Shown: piece by piece, positions 52,458 to 64,000 of the stretch
Layout of the letters: every line of letters begins with the position of its first letter
How positions within the stretch are numbered: position 1 is the first letter of the stretch
Source: Phoronis australis
Lineage: Eukaryota > Animalia > Phoronida
Assembly (NCBI GenBank): GCA_002633005.1
Contig: NMRA01000270.1
Span: 490,969 to 554,968 of the forward strand
Reading direction: 5' to 3'
DNA length: 64,000 nt
Notes under the pieces: model-generated
Told to the model about the DNA's origin: nothing
Seen by the model: only the letters and a program-made list of their open reading frames with translations
Database searches by the model: none
Made by a program: the position numbers and the translations under genes

Positions 52458-55400
52458 TGATGGTTTAAGCCAGTTCATTGAGAACTATGCTTCAGAGGGA
52501 ATCTGCTCATTTGATGTCTTCACTGTTGGGATTCCTCTGTTGCAACACAGTTTTAATATTATTTGGTGGTAATTAACACCAGCTGGTAGCATTTGTGTCT
52601 ACAATCAACTGCCTGTGAAATTTCTGGCCCACTTCTCTGCAGTATAGAACCTGGGATTAACACAGTTGGGATTCCCAGATGGAACTTAGCTGCTGCCCAA
52701 GACTGCATTGTGGGTATTATATCAGCCTTGGAACTAATTTGTACTTGGTGTGGTTCTCTGCTTACAAACCGTAGTCCTCTGGGTTCATGCCCAGGTATGT
52801 TTATGCGCCTAACCCCTTTTGTACAAACAGGATTTTCCTCTCAAGAACCTGCGGTAAAAGTTCTTGTTTGGGACAGGGAAAATAATTATTTTGATCAAGG
52901 CCAGAGCTAGTACCAAATTTTAGAAATAGTCAATATTGGCTATCTAAATTCAAGAATAATTATTAACGACTAAGGATCGTTCACCCCAGGTCACAATCTT
53001 CAGAATAAGAAAATTCAGATACTGTCCCAAACTGGAGAATTTTTACCACTCGTCTTTGGGAGCCTTTCACACCAACATCAACTCCTTGATGTTTTTTGGG
53101 GAGTGTTGGGGAAAAATTTACCTTGTCTTGGACTGAAGTTGAGCAAATTTACTTCTGTGTACGGTGATAAATGGTGCTTAGACTATAAAGCAATTCTTTT
53201 GTTCAATGCCCGGTGGCATAAAAGTGGAATTTCTGTTTAGTTGAAATTAGAATTTCTGTTTTGTTAAAATTAGATTTGTCAACAAAATAAAATCTTAAAT
53301 CAACAGCATTTCATTATTTGCTTGGTTCGTGTTGTTTTGCTGTGATCAAACAACTTGTAGTGAATTTTTGAATTCTGACCGCAGTGCAGGTGCAAGGTGC
53401 CCCTGTGTTTATAGATATGTATGACTAATCTGCACCTATTTAGCACGCAGTATGGCGGCAAATAAAAATATAATTTTATTTTTTGAAATTCCTCAATAAA
53501 AATAAAGATTAAGAAAATTCTATCCTGTTACAGTGTTGACCGTGTGCATAAAGCAATGTTCCTTGGAGCAAGGTAGACAAATTTTGAAAAACAGAAAATG
53601 ACAAGTTTTTCAATTATTTTTTAGCCAAATAAGTGAAGAATTGGTGTGTATACACAAGGTGTGGTCAAAGTGTGGATAGATGTCAATATACACACCTGTA
53701 TGTAGTATGTTACCAATGATGTGTGTCACTGATTTGGACATGTTGTTAGGGCTGTGTAATAATAAAAAAATAAAGTTATGATGTTAATTATGGGATGTAT
53801 TGGTGGATAGGGCATTATACCCATCAACAAGACATACCGGTATAAGTCAAAATTAGATCATAGGGCAAATAGTGGTTTGAAAATGAATCATGGTTTGAAA
53901 AGCACTCTCAAACATGAAGTTGCGCTTTGCATTTGTAGTATTCGGAATTCAGTTATCTTATCAATTTTAGTAAGTTGCTGTCAGAGATTTTGGTATCAGG
54001 TGTCTAATCTTCATCAGATTGTAGTAGTTTCAGTTTTCAGTCATGTACTCTGTGTTTTATGCTTTAAGATGTACTAAGCTATCACTATATGTTTTATATG
54101 TTACAATGTATAGTAACTGGAGGCTCAATACAGCCGTACTCCATGGCACTGTCTACCTGTTTATCGTACCCAAGGTTGACCTTGCTCAAATTAGTAACAG
54201 TCTTTCAGCTGTTACTATTCTGCATCAAATTTACCTTTGTAGTAAATTATACAGGTACCTTATTAATATTGTAAAGGTAGAGCATTCACTTTTCATGGTC
54301 AGTCATTAAACTTGAGATTTACATTAACATTCGTTGATAATAACAGGTGATCCAGGATCACTTCAATGAAAGATGTTTGTTCACTTGACAGGCTGTGGAA
54401 CTTCGTATGTTTGTCAGTTGTTCAGGTGTTGAGCCCGACCAAACGCGGCAGGTCAGGGGGATAATGGAAGGGTTGCTTGCTTTCTGTCACCACACTGATG
54501 ACTCTCTGTGGCTGTAACTTATTTTAGCACTGGGGTTCACATTGCATTGTTACACTTGCCGTTGGCATGAAACACATATGTCCAATGTTCATTCTTCCTA
54601 ATCATTCATTAGTGTGGCATAACTTGAGTAATTGGGGATTAAACGGAATTAAATGGAAATCGTCTTTAGTCTGCTGTCTTGCTCCGTTGTTTCTCAGTCG
54701 GTACAGCCAAATAGGTGGAACAATGATTTCGAAAAGGCGAAGGTCTTCTCGTTAAGAAATTAATAAAATCTTGGCTAATTTTTTAATAATTAACTATTAT
54801 TCCCATCGGATTTCCTTCCATTATAGACTAGTGAAGTCCGGTGTACACTTCCAGCACAATTGTTCCTTTAATTATTAAGTCAGGGTCAGAAAGTGTAAGG
54901 TCATTTTATTAGAAACAACAGTAGACTTCCTTACACCTTACCATAAGAGCTTCATTGTTAGCAGACAGCAGTAATAAGATGCACTTTAAACTACAAATCA
55001 TGCACATGGCTGTATGTTTGATGACATCATATTGTCATTTACGCTCTTATTTCGGTCCATGCACCTATATCCCAAACAGTGCATTACTAAACTTGTCTCA
55101 TGGACACAGGGCCCTAAACCTGGCATATGAGCATGTGTTACAGTGTGTGTGTGAATGTTTTTGTCAGTTCTTGTCACCTTCAATCAAAGTGGCTACAAAC
55201 CCACCTACCATCACCAAAACCAACTTTTGATTTTGAGCAATTACCATTATGAAATTGGTCTCAAAATGTTTCTTAGTTAAACTGAAAGATGTTTTAGTAG
55301 CTTGCAAATACTGACAACTGTTTTTTGTTGAGCTCAGGCTATACAGGTTGTCTTGTCACGACGTGTCATTTTATGTGCCGAGCACATGGTCTCATCGAAT

Positions 55401-55739
55401 AATGACCTGTTACACCTCTGCAAGCCCAGAAATCACGTCTCATCTGAGTAGTGAACACGTTGAGACCAATTCTGTTGCAGTACAATGCCTAAGTCAAAAA
55501 GTTTGATTCTTTAATAGTTTGCCTAAATTGATTAGACATTAATGTTCACTATTCCATGGATAAGTCAAGCTTCACTCACATATTTATAGAAATTTGCTCC
55601 TCCGTTTTCCGTAAGTGTTTCACTTAAAGGCGCATGTTTTTATATGTATGCGTGTATGGTTAGCGTTAAAATGTTCTGTGCATGTTGCAGCCTTTCAGTA
55701 TTGGTTCTGCCTAACACTATACGTCTTCTTTTGATCCAG

Positions 55740-55816
55740 GGCTCAGAGAGTGCCGACCCTTGGGAGAACCCTGAGTTTGAAGTGTATCACATAACAGACA
55801 GATATGGCTTCTTACA
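55740..55816 (+). CDS. USP6NL: USP6NL exon (GSESADPWENPEFEVYHITDRYGFL-H)
   Basis: PWE...Y..TDRYGF motif. tccag|...|gtaagt, 77 nt, phase 0-2. Confidence 0.93.
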
Positions 55817-57080
55817 GTAAGTTGAGAGTTGGGAATAAAAATTAGAGTGTGGTGAAACAAACGACTGTTGGATGTAAAGTGTAATTCAATTGTTACAGGA
55901 AGTGAGTGTTAAGAAGAAGAAAAGTGCAAAGTTGTTATTGATATCTCAGTTTCATGTTATAATTAGCTCGGGATAGATTTATTTTTTGGTGCATTTCACG
56001 GTATTTTGTCGTGGACACATAATTTTATAACCTGATCAGATTTCTTTTTGTCCAAAATATGAGTTGGAACTTTAAAATCAGCGCATAGGTAAACAACCAC
56101 ATATTGATTGATTTATTTTCTATAAACCATTCTCAAGATAAAAGTTCACAATATCCCAATCAGGTGACGCAGGTGGAGAACAGACTATACAGGTACACAT
56201 CAAAATGCATTGTTATTGGAGAGACCAGAAATAAAAACAGTTGGAGCTCAAATGAAACAATTGTATTGAGATAAAGCTCAGCTTGAGACTGGTTTATAGA
56301 CGATAAACTGAAACGTCAATGAATGTGTCGTTTAAATATGCGCTGATTTTAAAACTACTATTTTAGAAGCTACTATATAATGATGAAAGTGACTTTTACA
56401 GAGATAAAAGATCAAATTTTATGAAATCATATCAGTTCATTCGATATATTATGCTTTTAGGGATTTTATTGTCATATTTGTGCAAGAAGGTTGCATTGTG
56501 ACATTTTGTTTTCTTAAATTCTTTGAAATATCAGTCGACTTTTATTCATAAAAAACAACATAATAACTTGTGTGTGTTTAAGTAATAAATGACAAGGAAA
56601 TGCAAAGAAAGTAATTAGTTTTTATAATTAGTCAGAATGATTAGCTTTTGTCGCATTTGGAACAGATTTTAGAAAAAGTACATCTGCAATTTTTTTCAAT
56701 ATTCATTTTCTCCTACCTCTTCCCGAAGTTGTTAAAATGAGTACTTGTTGTCAATGTATTTGTCAACATGTAGTAATTAAAGAAAAATAAAATCTATCAT
56801 GTTCCGCTGCAAAACATAAAAAAGAGACAAGTGCAAGTGGTCTGATGTCATTTGCGGGGCGTCAGAGATGTGCAGGCCTCATGGTTGGTCTCATTGGACT
56901 AAACATTTGAGCTAAAAACATGAGAACTCCGTTATAGATCAATAGGTTATCTATGAGAGAAGCTTGCAAGTCTGCCAGTCTCCTTTAAGAAAACGGACAG
57001 ATTTCTCCATTTGTTGCCATGCGTAAACCTGTGTCAGTAATTTGTTACTTTCTCACATCGCAGCTTGTTTTATATTTCAG

Positions 57081-57120
57081 CGATAAAGAATTGCCATCCA
57101 GGACTGCAGCGGAGGCAAAG
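57081..57120 (+). CDS. USP6NL: USP6NL exon (H-DKELPSRTAAEAK)
   Basis: tttcag|...|gtacgt, 40 nt, phase 2-0, completes the FLHxxELP motif. Confidence 0.9.
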
Positions 57121-57554
57121 GTACGTGCGCACTGAACTTGCAGTAAAATATCTTCAGTCTGGGTCACTATATTGCGGACAAGTGAAATTTCATTTTCTCA
57201 AATTTCTTATCAAAAACAACTGGAGAATCAACGTACTTTGCATTTAGGATTGTTGGTATGAGGTGGCTATTACCAAACAACATTTAGTAAAATTTCGATC
57301 ATTTGCAAAAAATGTGGTAAGCCACTGAAAAATAGAAATATGGCAAGTTTTGCAATTATATTTGTCCCAAATTTGACAATTTTTACGGTATGTTGTGTTT
57401 TCCTTGTGCGAGTACACAGTATTTTTCTGAACAATGTTATAGAGAGGTTATGTGAGACCATAGAGGCATTTTGAGGCTTGCCATATCCACATATAAATGA
57501 GCAAGGGATCTCATGATGAAGAATTTGGTATGAACAGGAAGCATTCAACATAAA

Positions 57555-57850
57555 GGATAATATGGTTGCTTATTTAGGATAACATGGTTGCTTATTTAGG
57601 ATAATATGGTTGCTTATTTACGATAATATGGTTGCTTATTTACGATAATATGGTTGCTTATTTAGGATAATATGGTTGCTTATTTAGCATAATATGGTTG
57701 CTTATTTAGGATAATATGGTTGCTTATTTATGATAATATGGTTGTTTATTTATGATAATATGGCTGTTTATTTATGATAATATGGTTGTTTATTTATGAT
57801 AATTTAGTTGCTTATTTAGAATAATATATTTGCTTATTTAGAATAACATG
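57555..57850. repeat. 22-bp minisatellite, about 13 copies
   Basis: (ggataatatggttgcttattta)n with variants. Confidence 0.95.
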
Positions 57851-57920
57851 TCATTTGTTGTTTGTATTTTGTTATGCTGTGTTGTGGTTGTGATTTAGTT
57901 TTGTTTTCTATTTCTTGTAG

Positions 57921-58109
57921 CAACTCCAAGTGGAGATAGACCGGACGCAGAAATGGGTGAAGATGACGAAGAAATGGGACAAGTACTTCCCCAGCGAAAA
58001 GTTGTCCCTACGTGTGTACAAGGGGATACCCAACTCAATGAGAGGGCAGGTCTGGCATAAACTACTGAAAATTGATGACATGAAGGCGAAACAGAAAGGA
58101 GTTTTTAAG
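57921..58109 (+). CDS. USP6NL: USP6NL exon (QLQVEIDRTQKWVKMTKKWDKY...RVYKGIPNSMRGQVW...KGVFK)
   Basis: Start of the TBC domain (KGIP..MRG.VW). 189 nt, phase 0-0. Confidence 0.95.
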
Positions 58110-58759
58110 GTGAGGTGACTGAGGTTAGGGGCTGTGTTGTGATGTTTTTTGGCCGTTGGTTGGTGAGGTGGATAGCTGTCTGCAGTCAGTATAAACTGTT
58201 GTTGGTGGCTTGATTCATAGCTACTGAGAGTCGTGGACCTTCAAATGTTGAAGGGCTGAACTAATAACATGAAGTAGTATAGGATTGAGCCGGAACACAA
58301 GTCACTTTGGATACATGACAGCGTGTATTGATGCAGCACATTCATACCTGTCCATAAAACTTACTGATGCTATAAGACCCAGGTACTGATTATAAAGGCA
58401 TGCATCATTTACTAACATCAGTCACAGTAGAGATTGTTCAGACTAGGCTTGGTTACAAGTGACTTGAGTGCTCACACGCATGTCTAATGCACATTAACTA
58501 GCAAGTGAAAACGTAAAAAGGACCACTGCATTGTGGCGCATTATGGCCTCTTACAGCTGCAGTTGTTGTGATGATCCTGAATCACATTCATTAAGAAGGT
58601 ATTTGCTGTTAGTTGACAAAAAATTAAGTTTTTACCACATTGTCGTGTTTAAAAAGGTATCATTATCAGGAAATTATCTGAAAGTGATAAAACACGTAGA
58701 GCACAAATTCTATGTTGTTGCTACAAGATGGTTTCTTGAAGTTGAAAGAATCTTTAGGC

Positions 58760-59058
58760 AGCTCACTATCGCCATCTGTTGGTACCTGGATTAAGAAGTG
58801 ACTGACTGTTCCTACTCACACACCTCACTATCGCCATCTCTTGGTACCTGAATAAAGAAGTGATTGATTGCCCACTAACACAGCTCAATATTGCCATTTG
58901 TTGGTACTTGGACAAAGAAGTGATTGTCTACTAACACAGCTTGTTATCGCCATCTGTTGGCACCGGTATAAAAAGAAACTGACTGTTTCACACAGCTCGC
59001 TATTGCCATCTGTTGGTACATTGGCAAACAAGTGATTGACTGTGCCCACTCACACAGG
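58760..59058. repeat. Tandem repeat, 5 diverged copies of about 60 bp
   Basis: Unit ctcactatcgccatctgttggtacctggattaagaagtgactgactg...cacag. Confidence 0.9.
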
Positions 59059-59128
59059 CCCACTTAATTCTGGACCTCCTAAGGATATCTATTGCAATTG
59101 TTGTAATCCTGTTTTCTCTTCCTTTTAG

Positions 59129-59238
59129 AAAATGAAGGACCGTGCGCGGCGGACATCTCCCGACATCCGACAGATTGATTTGGATGTGAACAGGACGTAT
59201 AGGAATCACATTATGTTTCGTGAACGATACGGCGTAAA
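59129..59238 (+). CDS. USP6NL: USP6NL exon ([37 protein letters not shown])
   Basis: Contains the TBC arginine-finger motif IxxDxxR (IDLDVNRT). 110 nt. Confidence 0.96.
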
Positions 59239-59921
59239 GTAAGCGTTCACTGTTTTGACAAAATGGTTGAAAGTAACACTTATATAGAAAAATTCTAAAG
59301 TCACACATCTCTATAGCAATTGTGACAGGAAAGCAATATGTCAAAATATCAAAAGCTGTAGGCTACGATCCTTTATGCCCCCCGGACTGATCTGTTTTTA
59401 AAGTTAGTGAGGTTTGGCTAAGCATGATCTTATCGGCGGTAATCAACTTGAGCCTAATTTACAAACTCTTTAAACCGTGAATTTAGAGAAAATAACCTTC
59501 ATAATGTATTTCAGTCAGAAAAATTAACACAGTTTGGTCTTGGGTTTTAAAAATCGGTGAAGTTTTTACTGAAACCACACAGCATCTGAAAGAATTGACT
59601 TGGGGATTGCTGGTTTCATTTCCACTTCGTTAGTAAACTATCTGCATACAATAGACAGGCCCCTTCAATAGGCAATGTAAACATGTTTGGTTTTTCATAA
59701 GGCCTTGGGGATAATGGGCTGTATCTGTAGTCAATCTTGTAATGAGCATCCACATGCTTGATGCTTTGACGATATGGCATAAAATAAGCCCCTGCGCACA
59801 CCCTGTTTCAACGATATGGGTTGAAGTAAACACCCGCATGCGCGCCAGTTTGACGATACGGTGTGGTCTTTTCATTTTATTGCCTGCTACGATGGTGATA
59901 GATTATGGTGCTCTTTTACAG

Positions 59922-59991
59922 GCAACAAGACCTGTTCCACGTGTTGGCAGCCTACTCTATGTATAACACAGAGGTGGGCTACTGTCAAGGC
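59922..59991 (+). CDS. USP6NL: USP6NL exon, apparently interrupted ([23 protein letters not shown]...)
   Basis: TBC glutamine-finger motif YxQ (GYCQG). Homology stops right after it and no GT donor follows. Confidence 0.9.
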
Positions 59992-60431
59992 AAAGCCAGC
60001 AACCCGACAAATGGCGGCTCAGCACTGTGGGGGAGAGGCGCTCCAGAAAGTGGCAGGTCCGGCGAGGTGGAAGCTGTCTCGTCTTCAGAATCGGAGGGAG
60101 CGAAGTGCGCATAGTCCTCCATGGGGACGGGTTGCGGCCAGTAATGGTAACCGCCCATGTGTGGGGGTGGTGGCGCGTAGAAGGGTGGCCAAGACGGCAT
60201 CAGCGTCGGGGGATTGAAGAAACTCCGGTCCGTAGTGGGTTCCGGAGTCTGGGCGGCGGTGGCTGAAGCGGCGGTGGTTCACGGTTCGCTCGGCGGCGGC
60301 TGATGGTCAGGCGACGAAGCCCGCGTCAGAGAATCGATGGACGGCAGGTTAACTGAACTTGAAGATGTCTTCTTCGGGGGCTTCTCGATCGAAGTTGAAC
60401 CAGATTTTCTATCGGCGGAGTCCTTCGGCAT
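59990..60431 (-). pseudogene. Decayed, 3'-truncated Pro/Ser-rich ORF of about 147 codons (MPKDSADRKSG...PSEP*TTAASA...LMPSWPPFYAPPPPHMGG...), possibly retroelement ORF1
   Basis: ATG at 60431 is in frame with ORF 59985-60200, with one internal TGA. GC/CpG content is far above the flanks. The ORF runs directly into the USP6NL exon. Confidence 0.5.
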
Positions 60432-60469
60432 GATGAAGTGCTGTCTGATACGCTATGAACAGGCGAAAA

Positions 60470-60565
60470 CTGCGATATGCCTAAATACCCGAGGGTGGAA
60501 ACTGATTGGTGGAAACGAACCACCTCCGCACGTGACCTCACAAGTGCGCCGGGATTGGCTGTAAA
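60470..60565 (-). promoter_or_regulatory. Compact Pol II promoter upstream of the Pro/Ser-rich ORF
   Basis: Minus strand order: agCCAATccc, gGTCACGTG E-box, aCCAATcag, TATA-like gTATTTAgg, then ATG about 50 nt later. Confidence 0.5.
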
Positions 60566-61790
60566 AACCCGCGCTGCATAATGTGTGAATGACAGACGCG
60601 TTCCCAGGGATTAGAGCGGGCAGGGAGTGCAACTCGAAAAACCTGGGTGTAACCGGAAAGCGATGGCAACCGACGAACAAAAGAGTGTCAGGATCGCTGG
60701 CGTCGACAGTGCCGAGCACAAAGAGGGCACATTCGGTGCAAAGGTCAAAGGCGTGTACAAAGTGGTAAACAATGTACAGCTGTGCGTGGGTATGACGTAA
60801 CATGTCAGTACAGTGAGGCACACAAAGAAATACTTGACTGATGAGTCATGCGTGCATCATGTGCTGTGCCAAAGGCCCAAATGTGAGTGTTAAATACGCA
60901 AAGAGTTAAGCGTACGAGGATAGAACAACTATCAAACACNGCTCAGCGCCGGTAAAACCGGGCAAGGTGTGGCCCGTCGAGTCACACAGAGTCGGTGAGC
61001 TCGGTCGGCCAAAACTGCCAAGATGATGATATAGTTGATAAGAAGAAAATGCTCATTAGCAAAGAGTTATGCAATTGAGCGTGGTCGCGGTGTTAACTTG
61101 CGCGAAAAAAAACCTTCCAAAGGAAAAACACGTCTTCCTCTAGAAGATAAGTCCGTGTGAATGGTCCGCTTTGCGCATGTCCGTATCTCATGGTAGTACT
61201 CGGGGGAATTCTGGGAGGAATAAAATTATTGATCCGATCCGAAATCAATATTTTCATTGATACAATATTTTAAAGTTCCAAGCATCCCTAATTAAGTCTA
61301 GATGAAGTTGCAAACTTGAACCTCTAATAATAAATCTAGTTAGCGTTGGTGAATCATGCTCTGAAGCAATCAACGAACTCCATGAAGTTAACTGCCCTTG
61401 AAAAGTGAGAATAGGGCAATTTTGTTAGCTACTTTTCTCCGAAATTAGTGAGGTTTTACTGTACGCACGTTCCAATGGCCTCAACATTAATTGTGTGCGC
61501 ATGTTAGGCCAACAAAAGCAGAGTTGGTTCTGATCTGTTTTTTATTTATTGAAAATCGAGTCTGTGGCGTGGTTATTTTTTTCAAAAAAGAAAATCCATA
61601 TCGTATTTCAAACCTTGCCATTTCGAAAAACCTCAAACTAGCTAAAATTGATGCGGGCGGGTTTTTTCTAGTCGGCGATGGCAGGTCTCAAAAAGAGTCG
61701 AGGTAGAGACCAGGACCAACTATGCTTCTTTGGCCTTGATGCTTCAAAAATTGTTTCTACCATCGCTGCCATTTGTATTGAACAACTCAC

Positions 61791-61959
61791 CACAGCTGTG
61801 AGAGCAGTTGTATCCAGGAAGTGTTTCTGATAGTGGCTTAGCAACGCCGGCATGTTGGAGAAATACTGTTCGCCTATCCGGTACTTTGTCACTCCACCGC
61901 TGTTGATTTTGTTGATTATGTAGTGACTGACTAAAGTGCTGTGATCCTCACGGTCCTCT
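61791..61959 (-). CDS. Crk-like SH2-domain gene, SH2 C-terminal exon (R-EDREDHSTLVSHYIINKINSGGVTKYRIGEQYFSNMPALLSHYQKHFLDTTALTAV)
   Basis: VSHYIIN...RIG.Q.F...P.LL..Y..H.LDTT is Crk-family SH2. tttcag|...|gtgagt, 169 nt, phase 2-0. Confidence 0.88.
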
Positions 61960-63623
61960 CTGAAATGAGGGTGAAAACGGGCACCATGAGCAGACATACA
62001 GCTCAGTGGCAGTGTTTGCAGGGGAGACCAAAGTACTTGGAAACTTAGGAAAGCAGCATTCATCAATTCACATACAAATAATTAAATTTCATCCTGTTGT
62101 GAGGATAATTAGTTTGTCTCGTTGCATTTATGAGCTGAAAAGAACTGTTAACGGACTAAATGCATTTATTCATCAATCATGCTTGAAAATGACAAGTATC
62201 AACCTCTGCAAAAAGAAAGCTGAAAACTTATGAAAGACAATTAATCAAAACACAGCGATTCTCGACTTTGATTTTGTTATCACAGAACAGCTATGGATAT
62301 CATATTGTACTTGTCTGTCAAAGGAAATGTAATAGTACTTAGTTCCAGACCTTCATTAATTCACGTTTGATTGAACACAACTTTGTAGTTGAATCGTCCA
62401 CAGGAAAAGTATTAGAACAACCCCAATGTTAGCAAATTTATCAGTTTAATGAAAAATCCTGACAAAGGTTTCGTCATTTTTATTCGTTAAGATTTTCGCA
62501 AGGGATCATATCAATGTATAAAGAAATGTTTGTCAATGTACCTATGTAGTATTACTATTTTGTTAGACAACATTCCAAGGGTCTATGGCCTTGAAAACTT
62601 AGGGATTTCGAATTTAATTAACACATTTCAGTAACTTTTAATTACCAAAAATCAAGACTATAATACATCAATAAATTCAACACATTCTAGCCACAAATTT
62701 ATCACCAGTTGTTTTACAGCAGATGTGTTCAAGTAGCTGTTCAGTATTTCTGAAACTGGCGCTTGCCTTTGTCCTTTTTTCAAAAACAATCACGATGGCA
62801 AGAAAACTTCCCATTATTTAAAAGACTAACGCGATAAAAAAGAGTGTAATTGTAAGTTTGTTACAACGCATTTTTGTGTTTTCGAAAACAGAAAACTAGT
62901 AGGTCTCTACACTGAAAATACTCATGCATGAGATTAATTCCGAAATTTGCATTACATCTTCCACCTGCCTTCTTGTTAACACACTTTGCCAGTACCAGTC
63001 GCTTTGAACAGATCAAATCAATTAATATTTTATTAAAAAACTGGCTAGTTCAATTATGAAAGGGTTGTAGGTAAAGCAACATGTGTGACGTACTACTCCG
63101 CTAGTGTTCTTGTTTCATTTCACTCTTGGCATGATACATGTGTACAGACTTCCACGGAAGGTCTTGACTTATGATTAATAAAGATATGTGAAAGTAGTTG
63201 GTTTGCTTGTAGAACAAGCTCACATTTGAAAACAATAACAGTCTATAGGAGTATTCATGATAAACAATAACATCCTTAACCAATCTGTCAAAATGATAGG
63301 ATTTGCATGTCACTTGCAACAGAAAATGCTCACTAGAGTAAAATTTCATCAAATTAGGACACAGCACGACCGACAAGTTAAATTTTGATTTTAATTATCA
63401 CTTTTGCTAAAAAGATGTACCACAGCCTATAAGTGCTTTACCATGTTCCAGTTCTGTACCACAGCTATAATCACACTGAAAATGTCGCCATTCCCAACCA
63501 TGACAGAAGCCCTTGTCGAATGAAAAAGTGAGTAATTTTAGCAATACTTTTTTAACAAAATTGTCAAAACATTGTTTTCCCAGTGGACAGACATAATCAC
63601 CAAGTCTATTAGTATAACAAGGA

Positions 63624-63917
<294 letters not shown>

Positions 63918-64000
63918 TTATTCGTCTATTTAACACACAAAATGGCCATGTAGTGGACATTTATTTTGTCAATCTTCTGAACAAAATTGAAAGTTAGTGA

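Noticed and set aside
57555-59058. Regular repeats resembling a CRISPR array
   Set aside because: Eukaryotic intronic tandem repeats without unique spacers, and no cas genes.

Overview
AT-rich, intron-rich animal (invertebrate) genomic DNA from a draft assembly, with a 589-N gap at 17505-18093 and single-N contig joins at 42584 and 60940. A marine invertebrate such as a hemichordate-like deuterostome is my inference only. Three spliced genes can be built by hand from GT-AG sites and frame phases. (1) A complete TEAD/scalloped transcription factor on the minus strand (coding exons 15451 to 3363, candidate non-coding first exon near 28.4 kb). (2) A USP6NL/RN-tre TBC-domain RabGAP on the plus strand (44718 to about 59991) that stops abruptly inside its TBC domain. 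(3) Two exons of a Crk-like SH2-domain gene on the minus strand (63831 to 61791). The most interesting observation is in TEAD: the 128-nt exon encoding TEA helices 2-3 (the DNA-recognition half) is tandemly duplicated. Both copies have intact splice sites, differ at about 23 synonymous but only 4 non-synonymous codons, and are separated by a 43-nt intron. This is the signature of sterically enforced mutually exclusive splicing, and retaining the spacer also keeps the frame open. Other notable items are candidate TEAD microexons, a possible TTG start, a chimeric junction at about 59990 with a promoter-bearing decayed ORF, a duplicated 5' splice site in the SH2 gene, repeat-borne arrays of CTCF-like motifs, and Penelope-type hammerhead motifs. 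Most supplied ORFs are spurious intronic ORFs.
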